Of a DNA stretch of 64,000 bases, positions 47,749 through 58,153 are shown piece by piece (position 1 is the first letter of the stretch; each line of letters opens with the position of its first letter). The translations under genes and the position numbers were made by a program. The stretch is taken from positions 480,001 to 544,000 of the forward strand of contig OY759599.1 in the NCBI GenBank assembly GCA_963662465.1, given 5' to 3'. Under the pieces are notes generated by a model. It ran no database searches. It was not told the origin of the DNA and worked only from the letters and a program-made list of their open reading frames with translations. The DNA is from Desulfatiglandales bacterium. GTDB taxonomy: Bacteria; Desulfobacterota; DSM-4660; Desulfatiglandales; Desulfatiglandaceae.

Positions 47749-50103
47749 TTGACCCAAATAATTGAAATACTGACCCAAACCATCCGTTCCGCTGCCGTAT
47801 ACAATCCGGAAGTGCAAGTGGCCCCTGCATGCATCCTTTGGCCGGACCGGGACCACCAGTGGGAAGCAGTTATTCTGCGGCTTCAGGCCGAGTTGCCGGA
47901 GCTGTTTGTTTTGGGGGACTATGCCCCGGAAAAGCGAACCGGCCCAGCCATCTGGTTGCGCTGTATTCTTGCAGACATGGTGGAAGAGGTTTCGATCCCG
48001 GAGGGGTGGACACCGGTCTTTTATCTACCCGGTATCAGCCGCCAAGACCTGCGTGCCGTTGAAAGCTGTCCCGATCATCTAAAACCGTTGGCCGAACTCC
48101 AGTACAGGGGAGTGATCTGGTCGCAGATCAACGCCAAGGACTGGACCATCCTCGCGTTTCTGAAATCGGATCAGGGGGGATTAGGCCTGGATGTGGCCCA
48201 GGACAATGACGCCAAAAACGCCATGCAGTTGGCACTCTATCGGTTAGTGGATGAAGATGTGGCCTTGTTAGAAGGTAAACGCCTTGATAAAGATTACTTC
48301 AATACCCTGCTAACCGGTGGCGATCCAGTACGGGACCTGCTGCAATGGCTTGACCAGGGCGAGGCCTTTCAGGCTGCCCATGGCGAAAACGAATGGCGGG
48401 CCTTTCTGGAAGTCTGTAAATCTCAACTGGCCTTTAACCCCCAAAATGAGGGCGTGTTAACCGGCGCTTCCAAACTTGCGGAGCAAGAAGGCCCCTGGCA
48501 TGTGGTATGGGAACGGTTTTGCGAGGCCCCCAAACGATACCCCAACATTCCCACCCAGATCCGAAAATGCCGGCCCCCCAGTGACACCATGCTATGGGAC
48601 ATGGGTGGCGAAAAATATCATGGATGGCCCCAATGGAATACAGATCAGGAAGCCTTACTCCGTGAAGCATTGAATGGATTGAATGCCCTACCACCCCATG
48701 AGGCTCGAAATCGGCTGGCGGAATTGGAGAAACGCCATCATCAAAGGCGGCTTCTGGTCTGGGCCGAACTGGAAGAAGCGCCTCTTGCACGCGCACTCAA
48801 ACATCTGGCGGTTCTGGCGGAGACCACAGCAAGCTCAATTGCAGCGGGTTCACCACAAGAGATGGCCGCAGCCTACGACCATTCGGGCTGGCTGGCGGAT
48901 GATGCCGTCGTGCATGCCCTTGCCTGTGTGGCAAGAAATGAAGATTTTGAAGCCGTTACTTCGGCCATTTGCGCTGTTTACACAGCCTGGGCTGAAGACG
49001 CAGCGCTGCACCTCCAAAACGCAGTGGAAAAGGAAGGCTATCCGGGGGAATCCGTTGTCACACAGAAACCGAGGTCTTACAGCGTTGATGAATGTGTGCT
49101 GTTTGTGGATGGGCTTCGTTTCGATGCGGCCAGAAGGCTGGGGGAACTTCTTTCTCAAGAGGGCTGCCGGCTGGAAGAACGGATTTGCTGGGCGCCGCTA
49201 CCCACGCTCACTGCCACGGGAAAGCCTTTTGCATCGCCTGTATGGGATCAGATCAGAGGTCAAGATGCCGGCAATGATTTTGAGCCCTGCGTGTCAAAAA
49301 CCGGGAAATCGCTGGCAGGCGGTTATCATTTGAAGAAACTGCTGGCGGATGCCGGTTGGAAAGTCCTTAAAGGCATAGCCGGCGGGGACGACAAAATAAA
49401 CGCCTGGTGTGAATTTGGAAATATTGACCATGAGGGCCACGACAGAGGGTGGAAACTGGCGGGTCGCCTGGAGAACATGTTGAAGGAAATTCGCGACCAA
49501 ATAACGGGGCTTTTGTCGGCAGGCCGGCAGGCCGTTCGTATCGTCACCGACCATGGATGGTTGTTGCTGCCGGGAGGACTCCCCAAAACCGAGCTTCCCA
49601 GTGCGCTTACGGAGAATAAATGGGGCCGTTGTGCGGCGTTAAAGCCTGGGGCATCATCCGATGTTCGAGTATTTCCATGGTACTGGAATCCCAATCAATA
49701 CGTGGCATTGGCAAGCGGTATCAGCTGCTTCCGTAAGGGGATGGAGTACACCCATGGAGGGCTGAGCCTACAGGAAAGCCTGCTGTTGGAACTAAAGATC
49801 ACGCCCCAGGCCGCAACGCCCGCTCACACGGTTCAAATCACTGATGTGGTATGGAAGGGATTACGGTGCACCATTGGGGCGGAGGGAAAATTTGAAGGGT
49901 TGTCTCTGGATATTCGTAAGCAGCCTGGAAACCCGTCAAGCAGTGTGGTGTTGAGCGCCAAACCTCTCAAAAAAAACGGGACCGCTTCAGTGGTTGTGGA
50001 GGATGAAGAAATGGAGGGATCATCTGCTTTCATCATTTTATTCGATACGGATGGAGCTCCGACGGCACAGACGGATACAACCATTGGTGGGGACGAAAAA
50101 TGA
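47749..50103 (+). CDS. pglZ: BREX alkaline-phosphatase-fold protein PglZ
   Basis: FVDGLRFD, LPTLT..GK, VTDHGW, HGGLSLQE. Confidence 0.9.
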   Translation: MTQIIEILTQTIRSAAVYNPEVQVAPACILWPDRDHQWEAVILRLQAELPELFVLGDYAPEKRTGPAIWLRCILADMVEEVSIPEGWTPVFYLPGISRQDLRAVESCPDHLKPLAELQYRGVIWSQINAKDWTILAFLKSDQGGLGLDVAQDNDAKNAMQLALYRLVDEDVALLEGKRLDKDYFNTLLTGGDPVRDLLQWLDQGEAFQAAHGENEWRAFLEVCKSQLAFNPQNEGVLTGASKLAEQEGPWHVVWERFCEAPKRYPNIPTQIRKCRPPSDTMLWDMGGEKYHGWPQWNTDQEALLREALNGLNALPPHEARNRLAELEKRHHQRRLLVWAELEEAPLARALKHLAVLAETTASSIAAGSPQEMAAAYDHSGWLADDAVVHALACVARNEDFEAVTSAICAVYTAWAEDAALHLQNAVEKEGYPGESVVTQKPRSYSVDECVLFVDGLRFDAARRLGELLSQEGCRLEERICWAPLPTLTATGKPFASPVWDQIRGQDAGNDFEPCVSKTGKSLAGGYHLKKLLADAGWKVLKGIAGGDDKINAWCEFGNIDHEGHDRGWKLAGRLENMLKEIRDQITGLLSAGRQAVRIVTDHGWLLLPGGLPKTELPSALTENKWGRCAALKPGASSDVRVFPWYWNPNQYVALASGISCFRKGMEYTHGGLSLQESLLLELKITPQAATPAHTVQITDVVWKGLRCTIGAEGKFEGLSLDIRKQPGNPSSSVVLSAKPLKKNGTASVVVEDEEMEGSSAFIILFDTDGAPTAQTDTTIGGDEK

Positions 50104-52148
50104 CAGAAATGGATACCATTGACAAACTCGCCGCCGCATCCCTTGAGGGATATTTGGTCCGAAAAGACCTGGTCCGAACGTTTAGCCGACAGTTTCCCGT
50201 GCCCACTTACGTGGTAGAGTTTCTTCTGGGACGGTATTGTGCCAGTATCGATCCCGAGGAAATCGAAGAGGGCCTGGAGATCGTCCAACGCCAGCTTCAG
50301 GCGCGCACCGTCAAGGCGGGCGAGGCCGAACTCTTCAAGGCAAGGGCAAGGGAAAATGGAGAGGTGAAGATTATCGACCTGGTCACAGCGCGCCTGGATG
50401 CCTCAACGGATTCCTATTTGGCCGCTCTTCCCAGTCTACAGCTCACCAACGTGCGGATCAGCCCGGAACTGGTCAATACCCATGAGCGGATGCTCACAGG
50501 AGGATTTTACGCGGAGATCTCTCTCACCTACGACGCCGCCATCGCCCAGGAAAACAAGGGAAGGCCCTTTGGTGTGGAAACACTGCGGGAGATCCAGCTA
50601 TCCAAACGGGAGGTGTTGGACGAGCTGGCGGAGGCGCGAAAATCCTTTGATGTGGAACAATGGAAAGCGTTTTTACTTCGAAGTATCGGAATCGAGCCCA
50701 CAACACTTTCGGAAAGGGCCAAAAATGCCTTTTTGCTCAGGATGGTGCCCTTTGTGGAGCGAAATTACAACCTGGTGGAACTGGGGCCGCGCGGCACCGG
50801 AAAAAGCCATCTGTTTCAACAGATTTCACCCTATGCCCATCTGGTTTCAGGTGGAAAGGCAACGGTGGCCAGGATGTTTGTCCATATGGGCACGGGCCAG
50901 CGGGGTCTAGTGTGCCAGTACGATGTGGTTTGTTTTGACGAAATTTCGGGCATTTCTTTTGATCAAAAAGATGGCGTTAATATCCTCAAGGGGTATATGG
51001 AGTCCGGCGAATTCAGTCGGGGCAAGGAGAGCATCCGGGCGGATGGGTGTATCGTTCTCGTGGGGAACTTTGATGTAGATGTGGAACATCAGCAGCGTAT
51101 CGGTCATCTTTTCGGCCCTATGCCTACGGAAATGCGCGATGATACCGCATTTATGGACCGTATCCATGGCTATCTGCCCGGGTGGGATGTGCCCAAGATT
51201 CGGAAAGAGCTGCTCACGAACCATTTCGGCCTGGTTAGCGATTTCCTATCCGAATGTTGGAGCAGGCTTCGAGACCAGAGCCGGATTCATGCCCTGCAAA
51301 ATAAGGTTTTTTTTGGAGGATCACTCAGTGGTCGAGATACTAATGCGGTTAACAAAACGGTTAGCGGCCTTCTGAAATTGATTCATCCAGGTGCTGACAC
51401 CGATTATTCCGAAGAAACCCTGGAATGGGCTGTCCGCATCGCCATGGAGGCCAGGCGCAGGGTGAAGGAACAACAGAAGAGGATCGGTGCTGCTGAGTTT
51501 AGAAATACCCATTTCAGCTATGTCATGGGAGCCGATGGGATTGAGCAGTTTGTTTCAACACCCGAGCTTCAGAGCGAAAACAGCATCGGGAGTGATCCTT
51601 TGGAACCGGGTCAGATCTGGACCATCAGCCCTGGAGGAATGGACGACCATCCAGGCTTGTACCGCATTGAAGTAAACGAAGGACCGGGTTCGGGGGTAAA
51701 AATTCTCAATAAGCCGGTTCCACCCGCCTTTCGGGAGAGTACCGGATTTGCGGAGCAGAACCTGTACGCCCGGGCCGGGCAATTGGTAGGGGACAAGGAT
51801 CCGCGGCACCATGAATTTACAGCCCAGCTTCGCGCTTTTGATGCGTCCAAGTCAGGGGCAAAACTGGGTGTAGCCATCCTGATTGCTCTTTGTACCGCTC
51901 TCCTCAAGAAGAGCGTCCGGGGTGGACTGATCATTATCGGAGAAATCAACCTGGGTGGTTCCATAGAACCCGTCCATAATTCAGTCTCAATGGCCGAAAT
52001 CGCCGTGGAGAAAGGCGCCACTGCCCTACTCATGCCCGTCGCCTGTCGCCGCCGGCTATTCGATCTTTCTGACGACATGGCTACAAAGGTCGATATCCAG
52101 TTCTATTCCGATGCCAGGGATGCGCTTTTGAAGGCGATTGTGGATTAG
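50100..52148 (+). CDS. brxL: BREX Lon-like protein BrxL
   Basis: VP.YVVEFLLG.YC, ELGPRGTGKSH, FDE, C-terminal Lon-like domain. Confidence 0.92.
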   Translation: MTEMDTIDKLAAASLEGYLVRKDLVRTFSRQFPVPTYVVEFLLGRYCASIDPEEIEEGLEIVQRQLQARTVKAGEAELFKARARENGEVKIIDLVTARLDASTDSYLAALPSLQLTNVRISPELVNTHERMLTGGFYAEISLTYDAAIAQENKGRPFGVETLREIQLSKREVLDELAEARKSFDVEQWKAFLLRSIGIEPTTLSERAKNAFLLRMVPFVERNYNLVELGPRGTGKSHLFQQISPYAHLVSGGKATVARMFVHMGTGQRGLVCQYDVVCFDEISGISFDQKDGVNILKGYMESGEFSRGKESIRADGCIVLVGNFDVDVEHQQRIGHLFGPMPTEMRDDTAFMDRIHGYLPGWDVPKIRKELLTNHFGLVSDFLSECWSRLRDQSRIHALQNKVFFGGSLSGRDTNAVNKTVSGLLKLIHPGADTDYSEETLEWAVRIAMEARRRVKEQQKRIGAAEFRNTHFSYVMGADGIEQFVSTPELQSENSIGSDPLEPGQIWTISPGGMDDHPGLYRIEVNEGPGSGVKILNKPVPPAFRESTGFAEQNLYARAGQLVGDKDPRHHEFTAQLRAFDASKSGAKLGVAILIALCTALLKKSVRGGLIIIGEINLGGSIEPVHNSVSMAEIAVEKGATALLMPVACRRRLFDLSDDMATKVDIQFYSDARDALLKAIVD

Positions 52149-52430
52149 GGTGAGCGCGTTTTCCTAATGCCTCGATTATCATATTGTCCAAATAGCATCT
52201 GAACATTTCGGCTTTGCGGAACCCACGTTATATCAGTGGGTTTCGAGCGGGCGTCTACTTAGAGGAAAACATTGCTTGAAAGTCGGTGTGCGTATTGTTA
52301 TCATCCGATGCTTTTATTGATTTCATGCGGAACGATGGATCAGCCTTTGAAAACGCATTCGAAAATGCCAAAAAAGGTAATGTCAAGGTAACGCCCTCTG
52401 TAAGTGTTTGGAATAAAAGGTAGGTCCTTT

Positions 52431-54581
52431 ATGATTCGGTTAAATGACATTACGTCCCAGGTCCTCAGCTATCATCCCAAAGCGGACATCGAATTGATTG
52501 AAAAGGCCTATGTTTATTCCGCCAAAGTCCACCAGGGCCAGATCCGTCTCTCGGGAGAGCCCTATCTTTCCCATCCCCTGGAAGCCGCTTATATCCTGAC
52601 CCAGTTGAAGATGGATGTCATCTGCATCGCAGCGGGGCTTCTACATGACGTTGTTGAAGATACCCATGCGAGTCTGGAGGAGATCTCGGCGATTTTTGGC
52701 CAAGAGACCGCCAATATCGTGGACGGGGTCACCAAAATCAGTAAAATGAATTTTAAGAGTTCCCAGCAGCGCCAGGCCGAGAATGTTCGGAAAATGATTC
52801 TTGCCATGAGTACGGACATTCGTGTGATTTTGGTCAAACTGGCGGACAGACTCCATAACATGCGAACCCTGGGGTTTCAGCCCGAGGAAAAGCAGCGACG
52901 CATCGCCACCGAAACCCTGGATATCTATGCCCCCCTGGCCGGGAGAATGGGCATCAACTGGATCAAGTCCAGCCTCGAGGATCTGTGTCTCTTTTATCTG
53001 GAGCCGGAGATTTATGCCCGCATCAAGGACCTGACGGCCCGGCGCCAGGGCGAGATGGGGGAATTCATGAGGAGTGTTCAGGTCACCCTGACCGAAGAAC
53101 TGGCCAAGGCCAACATTTCAGCCACCATCAAGGGACGGCAGAAACACTTCTACAGCATCTATCAAAAGATGGTGGACCAGGACCTTGAAGTCAGTCAGGT
53201 TTACGATATCCTGGCGTTCCGGGTGATTGTCAATACCATCAAAGAGTGTTATGCGGCCCTTGGGCACATTCATTCCATCTGGAAGCCCGTGTCTAAACGG
53301 TTCAAGGACTATATTTCCGTTCCTAAAGCCAATATGTACCAGTCCCTGCATACCACGGTTTTCGGTCCGTTGAGGGAAAGGATGGAGGTCCAGATCAGGA
53401 CCTGGGATATGAACCGGGTGGCGGAGAGCGGCATCGCGGCCCACTGGAAGTACAAAGAAGGAAACGTGGCCAGGAAAACCGATGAAAAGCAGTTCGCATG
53501 GCTTAATGAACTGCTGGACTGGCAGAAAAACCTTGAGGATCCCCAGGAGTTTCTGGATACCGTCAAAATGGATCTCTTCCCAGATGAGGTCTATGTGTTT
53601 ACGCCCACCGGGGAGGTGAAAGCCTTTCCCAAAGGGGCGACCATGATCGATTTTGCCTACGGCATCCATTCTGAGGTGGGTGAAAAGTGTACGGGGGCCA
53701 AGGTCGACGGCAGGATGGTTCCCCTTCGGAGCCCCCTAAAAAACGGCAATATTATCGAGGTGATCACGTCCCCGAAGCAGCATCCCAGTAAGGACTGGCT
53801 GAACTTTGTCAAAACGCCCCGGGCAAGGAACAAGATCAGGCACTGGATCAAAACAGAGGAAAAAGACGAAAGCATCACCCTGGGTAAAAGCATCCTGGAA
53901 AAGGCCCTGCAACAGGAAAGATTGACAGTGACCAACCTGCTCAAGAGCGAGCAGATCGCGGCCGTGGCCAAAGATCTTTCGTTTCAATCAGGGGAAGATC
54001 TCATTGCACAGATCGGTTTCGGCAAGATTTCGCCCATGCAGGTGGTGGGGCGCCTCAGGCCGAAACTGGGGGACAAAGAGGAAAGCCGGCAGGGATTGGT
54101 CAGCAAGGTGGTCAGCCGGCTAACCAGACCCAAAGGGGACGCCGGCATACATGTGGACGGCGTGAGCGATATGCTGCTTCATTTTGCCAAGTGCTGTCAA
54201 CCCCTCCCCGGTGAAAAGGTGATCGGGTTTATTACCCAGGGAAGCGGGGTGGCCATTCACAATAAAAACTGCCGGCATATGCAGGAAGCTGATCCCGCCC
54301 GGTTGGTGGCGGTGTCATGGGCGCCTTCCGAGAAAAGCACCTATCCAGCCAAATTACGGGTGAGTACCGTGGAAGGAAAGGGGATCCTGGCCGAGATCAG
54401 CACGATTTTCAGCCAGAAAGACGCCAATATCATCCAGGCCGAAGTGAAGACCACGGTGGACAATAAAGGCATCGCTCTTTTTACCATTGAGGTAGAAGAC
54501 TACGACCAACTGCAGGATATCATCCGTACCATCAAAAAGGTGAAAAACGTGCTGATGGTGGAACGGCTTCAGGAGGCTTGA
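52431..54581 (+). CDS. relA: Bifunctional (p)ppGpp synthetase/hydrolase (RelA/SpoT)
   Basis: [35 protein letters not shown] and ACT domains. Confidence 0.95.
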   Translation: MIRLNDITSQVLSYHPKADIELIEKAYVYSAKVHQGQIRLSGEPYLSHPLEAAYILTQLKMDVICIAAGLLHDVVEDTHASLEEISAIFGQETANIVDGVTKISKMNFKSSQQRQAENVRKMILAMSTDIRVILVKLADRLHNMRTLGFQPEEKQRRIATETLDIYAPLAGRMGINWIKSSLEDLCLFYLEPEIYARIKDLTARRQGEMGEFMRSVQVTLTEELAKANISATIKGRQKHFYSIYQKMVDQDLEVSQVYDILAFRVIVNTIKECYAALGHIHSIWKPVSKRFKDYISVPKANMYQSLHTTVFGPLRERMEVQIRTWDMNRVAESGIAAHWKYKEGNVARKTDEKQFAWLNELLDWQKNLEDPQEFLDTVKMDLFPDEVYVFTPTGEVKAFPKGATMIDFAYGIHSEVGEKCTGAKVDGRMVPLRSPLKNGNIIEVITSPKQHPSKDWLNFVKTPRARNKIRHWIKTEEKDESITLGKSILEKALQQERLTVTNLLKSEQIAAVAKDLSFQSGEDLIAQIGFGKISPMQVVGRLRPKLGDKEESRQGLVSKVVSRLTRPKGDAGIHVDGVSDMLLHFAKCCQPLPGEKVIGFITQGSGVAIHNKNCRHMQEADPARLVAVSWAPSEKSTYPAKLRVSTVEGKGILAEISTIFSQKDANIIQAEVKTTVDNKGIALFTIEVEDYDQLQDIIRTIKKVKNVLMVERLQEA

Positions 54582-54781
54582 ACGACTTTTTTGATCGGTT
54601 TTTCAACACGACCGGATTTAATGCAGCCGGTACATACCTTCATCCTGACGGTTTGGCCTTCTTTGATGCACCTGACGCTTTGAAGGTTGGGATACCAGCG
54701 TTTTTTGGTTTTATTATGGGCGTGGCTGACGCTATAACCCACAAGCGGCCTTTTGCCGCAAATATCACATACTTTTGACAT
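54569..54781 (-). CDS. rpmB: 50S ribosomal protein L28
   Basis: [36 protein letters not shown]. Confidence 0.95.
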   Translation of the reverse strand: MSKVCDICGKRPLVGYSVSHAHNKTKKRWYPNLQSVRCIKEGQTVRMKVCTGCIKSGRVEKPIKKVVQAS

Positions 54782-54858
54782 TTGGATGTTTCCTCCCTGC
54801 TGAACATTATTAGAATCAGTCTTTCTAACGGATTCTGATGGCAATATCAAGTGTTTTT

Positions 54859-55554
54859 CTATGGTAGTTCATTTTTTTTCCCATCTATTGCAAGGGATTC
54901 AAGCCCTGCCCGATCCAGGAACCGGATAGCGCGGTCCCTGGTTTCAATGAGGCCCTGCTTGTGCATCCGGGTCAGGATGCGGGAAAGGGTTTCAGGGATG
55001 GTTCCCAGAAGGCTCGCCAGTTGCCCCTTTGAAATGTCAAGGGTGACGAAATCCTCTCGTTCCTGTTCCGTCGCCAGATAAAGCAGGTAGGCGGCCAGGC
55101 GGGCGGGAACTTCCTTTAGGGAAAGATTTTCGATCTGATAGGTGAATTGCCGAAGCCGCATGGCAAGGACCGCGAGCATGTTCAAGGCCAGGGATGGATG
55201 GGCCGAAATCAGAGCCAGGAATGCGGGTCTGGGGAAAAAGAGGACCCTTGACGTTTTGATGGCCTGAGCATTGGCGGGAAATTCTCGGCCTGAAAATACC
55301 GGCACTTCTCCGAAAGGTTCTAACGGACCGAAGATATGCAGAATCTGTTCTTTTCCCGATGGTGAGACTTTGAAGATTTTCACCAGACCGTCCGCTACCA
55401 GGTAAAAACCGTTTCCTTCATCCTGTTCCAGAAAGATGGTTTCGTCCTTGGCAAAATTTTTAGAAATGGCGATGGATTCAATCTGCTTGAGCTGTTGCTC
55501 CGGAAGCCCGTCAAAGATGACGGTTTTGGAAATGGTTTCTAAATGATTCGCCAT
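54859..55554 (-). CDS. Crp/Fnr family transcriptional regulator
   Basis: cNMP-like domain (GKEQIL, FGE) and [12 protein letters not shown]. Confidence 0.92.
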   Translation of the reverse strand: MANHLETISKTVIFDGLPEQQLKQIESIAISKNFAKDETIFLEQDEGNGFYLVADGLVKIFKVSPSGKEQILHIFGPLEPFGEVPVFSGREFPANAQAIKTSRVLFFPRPAFLALISAHPSLALNMLAVLAMRLRQFTYQIENLSLKEVPARLAAYLLYLATEQEREDFVTLDISKGQLASLLGTIPETLSRILTRMHKQGLIETRDRAIRFLDRAGLESLAIDGKKNELP

Positions 55555-55663
55555 TCAGGACGGCTCCCAGCTGGAAGATTCTAAAGCGGCAAGCCGCAGT
55601 TTTAAGTTTTTGGTGTTTGTTAAAATCCGCAATCCGCAATCCGCAATCCTATAGCATGTTCTC

Positions 55664-55677
55664 TTGACTCGGGTCAA
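55664..55677. promoter_or_regulatory. FNR-type palindrome TTGAC-N4-GTCAA
   Basis: TTGACtcggGTCAA in the divergent intergenic region next to the Crp/Fnr gene. Confidence 0.6.
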
Positions 55678-55832
55678 ATAATTTCGAGGATGCCCTTTTT
55701 TCATTGAAAAGCAAAGATTTGCCTGATATGAAGTAGCCGTTTAGAAAAAATAGGGTGAATCTGATGTCTCAGTTCCTTTCCCGCATTCATAAGGTAGCGT
55801 GGACCATGAAACACTGTAGGAGGTTATGGGCA

Positions 55833-56216
55833 ATGAAAGAGTTGGAAACATTTGTGAAAACGGTTGGCGAAGGGCTGAGAACCTTGGCCCAGGGCGTCCA
55901 TGCCATTGCGGACAAGCTGGAAAGTTATGTGGATGTGCCGGGTGATGACCGCTCGGAATCTGAGTTCGAACCGGCGGTGAATCACAACATCCATGCCAAG
56001 GCGACCCCGGCGGATGCACCATCGCGGGAAAAGCCGGTAATCAATGCGACGGCCCTGGTTTATGAAAAGATCAGCAGTGCTGAAGGTTCAGTTTCGATGG
56101 ATGACCTACATCAGGAAACCGGTTTTGATCGGAAGAAATTGAGCAACATTCTACATCGGCTGAGACTGCAGGGTAAAATCAAGAATGTCGGCAAGGGTGT
56201 GTACGTGAAGAAATGA
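55833..56216 (+). CDS. Hypothetical protein with a C-terminal winged-helix-like domain
   Basis: AGGAGG RBS; TGFDRKKLSNILHRLRLQGKIKNVGKGVY. Confidence 0.7.
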   Translation: MKELETFVKTVGEGLRTLAQGVHAIADKLESYVDVPGDDRSESEFEPAVNHNIHAKATPADAPSREKPVINATALVYEKISSAEGSVSMDDLHQETGFDRKKLSNILHRLRLQGKIKNVGKGVYVKK

Positions 56217-56228
56217 AAAGAGTGTTTT

Positions 56229-57374
56229 ATGGACAGTTTTTTATCGGAAAAACATCGTATCGTGCGACGTTCCGTTCGTTCCTTTTGTGAACGGGAGATC
56301 AAGCCCATTGCCGGAGAGATCGATCGTGAGGCCCGTTTTCCCTGGGAAGTGGTGGAAAAAATGGGGAAGCTTGGGTATTTCGGCATCCAGGCCCCGAGAG
56401 AGTTGGGCGGCGCCGATCTCGATTCCGTCAGCTATGCCATTATCGTGGAGGAGATCAGCAGGGCCAGCGGCAGCCTCGGGCTCTGTGTAACGGTCCATAA
56501 CAGCGTGGCCCTCTACCCGATTATAGCCTTTGGTTCACGGGAGCAAAAGGAACAATGGGCACGGCCTTTGGCGCGGGGAGAGAAAATCGGGTCTTTTTGC
56601 CTGACCGAGCCCAACGCCGGGTCGGACGCGGCAGGCATTGAGTCCACGGCTGTGTGGGACAATGATGCCTACGTGGTGAACGCCAACAAGGTTTTCGTGA
56701 CCAACGGCGGGGTTGCGGACATCTGTCTGTTGTTTGTGCGGACCAACCCCGCATCTCATCCCAAGGAGGTCAGCGTCGTGGTGGCCGAGCGGGGAACCCC
56801 CGGATTCGTGGTGGGGGACCTTGAAGATCTATGCGGCATGCGGGCAAACCCGGTGAACTCCATACGGCTCTATGACTGCCGCCTGCCGCTGGGAAATTTA
56901 CTGGGTCAAGAAGGCATGGGGCTTAAGATCGGTCTGGCCGCCCTGGATACGGGACGGATGGGCATTGCGGCGCAATCCGTGGGCATTGCCCAGGCAGCGC
57001 TGGAAGAGGGGCTGTTGTATGCTAAACAGCGCCGTCAATTCAAGGTTCCCATTTGCAATCACCAGGCCATCCAAATGATGATTGCGGACATGGGAACCCT
57101 TGTGGAAGCATCGCGGCTCATGACCTATCGCGCCGCCGCCGTTCGCGACGGGGGAAAAGGATTTTCCCAGGAATCGGCTATGGCAAAGCTCTTCGCGTCG
57201 GAGGCCTGCTGCAAGGTGACGGATCTGGCGGTACAGATCCATGGGGGTTATGGGTATTCCAAATCCTACCCCGTGGAGCGCTACTACCGGGATGCCCGGG
57301 TAACAAGAATATACGAGGGGACCTCAGAGGTACACCGGATGGTGATTGCGAGAGGAATGATGGGGAAGAAGTGA
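56229..57374 (+). CDS. Acyl-CoA dehydrogenase (butyryl-CoA DH-like)
   Basis: FCLTEPNAGSD, AVQIHGGYGY, IYEGTSE. Confidence 0.93.
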   Translation: MDSFLSEKHRIVRRSVRSFCEREIKPIAGEIDREARFPWEVVEKMGKLGYFGIQAPRELGGADLDSVSYAIIVEEISRASGSLGLCVTVHNSVALYPIIAFGSREQKEQWARPLARGEKIGSFCLTEPNAGSDAAGIESTAVWDNDAYVVNANKVFVTNGGVADICLLFVRTNPASHPKEVSVVVAERGTPGFVVGDLEDLCGMRANPVNSIRLYDCRLPLGNLLGQEGMGLKIGLAALDTGRMGIAAQSVGIAQAALEEGLLYAKQRRQFKVPICNHQAIQMMIADMGTLVEASRLMTYRAAAVRDGGKGFSQESAMAKLFASEACCKVTDLAVQIHGGYGYSKSYPVERYYRDARVTRIYEGTSEVHRMVIARGMMGKK

Positions 57375-58153
57375 TGGCTTTTCATATTGTGGCATGCATC
57401 AAATCGATTACGTTGGCGGCGCCCAGGGAACAGATGATTCGGACCGAAGACACCGCTGAACTCAATCCCTACGATCGCCCGGTTTTGGAGGCGGCCCTTC
57501 GCCTCAGGGAGCTTCACGGCGGCAGTGTGACGGCCCTTTCGATGGGTCCACCTTCGAGTCTTTCAGCCCTTTCCGAGGCCAGGGCCTTTGGGGTGGATCG
57601 GGAGATCCTTATCTGCGATCCGGCCCTTGGCGGTTCAGATACCCTGGCCACGTCCACGGCACTTGGGGCGGGCCTTCAAAAACTGGCGCCTTTCGATTTG
57701 GTACTCTTCGGCGTTCGGACCGCCGACAGCGATACCGGGCAGGTGGGCCCCCAGACGTCGGTGCTTCTGGGTCTCCCCTTTATCGGCATGGTACACCACA
57801 TGGAATGGGAGAAAGGCGTTTTCAGGGTGGAACGGGTTGCGGATCATTTTGTGGAAAAATATGAAGTTAGAGCTCCCGCGGCCTTCACCATTCATCCCGG
57901 CGCTTTTGCGCCCAGGGATATCGGGCTTTCAGGGATTGGTCAGGCATTTGAATCCCAGCGGATTGAACGATGGAATCTGGCGGATCTGGGGCTCGGACCG
58001 GACCAGGTGGGCGATGCCGGTTCCCCCACCCGGGTCATTTCCATGAAACGGGTGAAAAAGACAAAAAAATGCGAATTCCTTACCGGAGACGCCAGAGAGC
58101 AGGCCCATGAACTCATGAAACGGCTGTCGGTTTCCGGCGCTATCGGGGCTTGA
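57374..58153 (+). CDS. etfB: Electron transfer flavoprotein beta subunit
   Basis: NPYD...EAAL, SMGP, GSDTLAT, DSDTGQVG. Confidence 0.9.
   Translation: MAFHIVACIKSITLAAPREQMIRTEDTAELNPYDRPVLEAALRLRELHGGSVTALSMGPPSSLSALSEARAFGVDREILICDPALGGSDTLATSTALGAGLQKLAPFDLVLFGVRTADSDTGQVGPQTSVLLGLPFIGMVHHMEWEKGVFRVERVADHFVEKYEVRAPAAFTIHPGAFAPRDIGLSGIGQAFESQRIERWNLADLGLGPDQVGDAGSPTRVISMKRVKKTKKCEFLTGDAREQAHELMKRLSVSGAIGA

Noticed and set aside
57053..57373. N-terminal extension of EtfB in the ORF track
   Set aside because: Overlaps the acyl-CoA dehydrogenase; the start coupled to its stop at 57374 fits better
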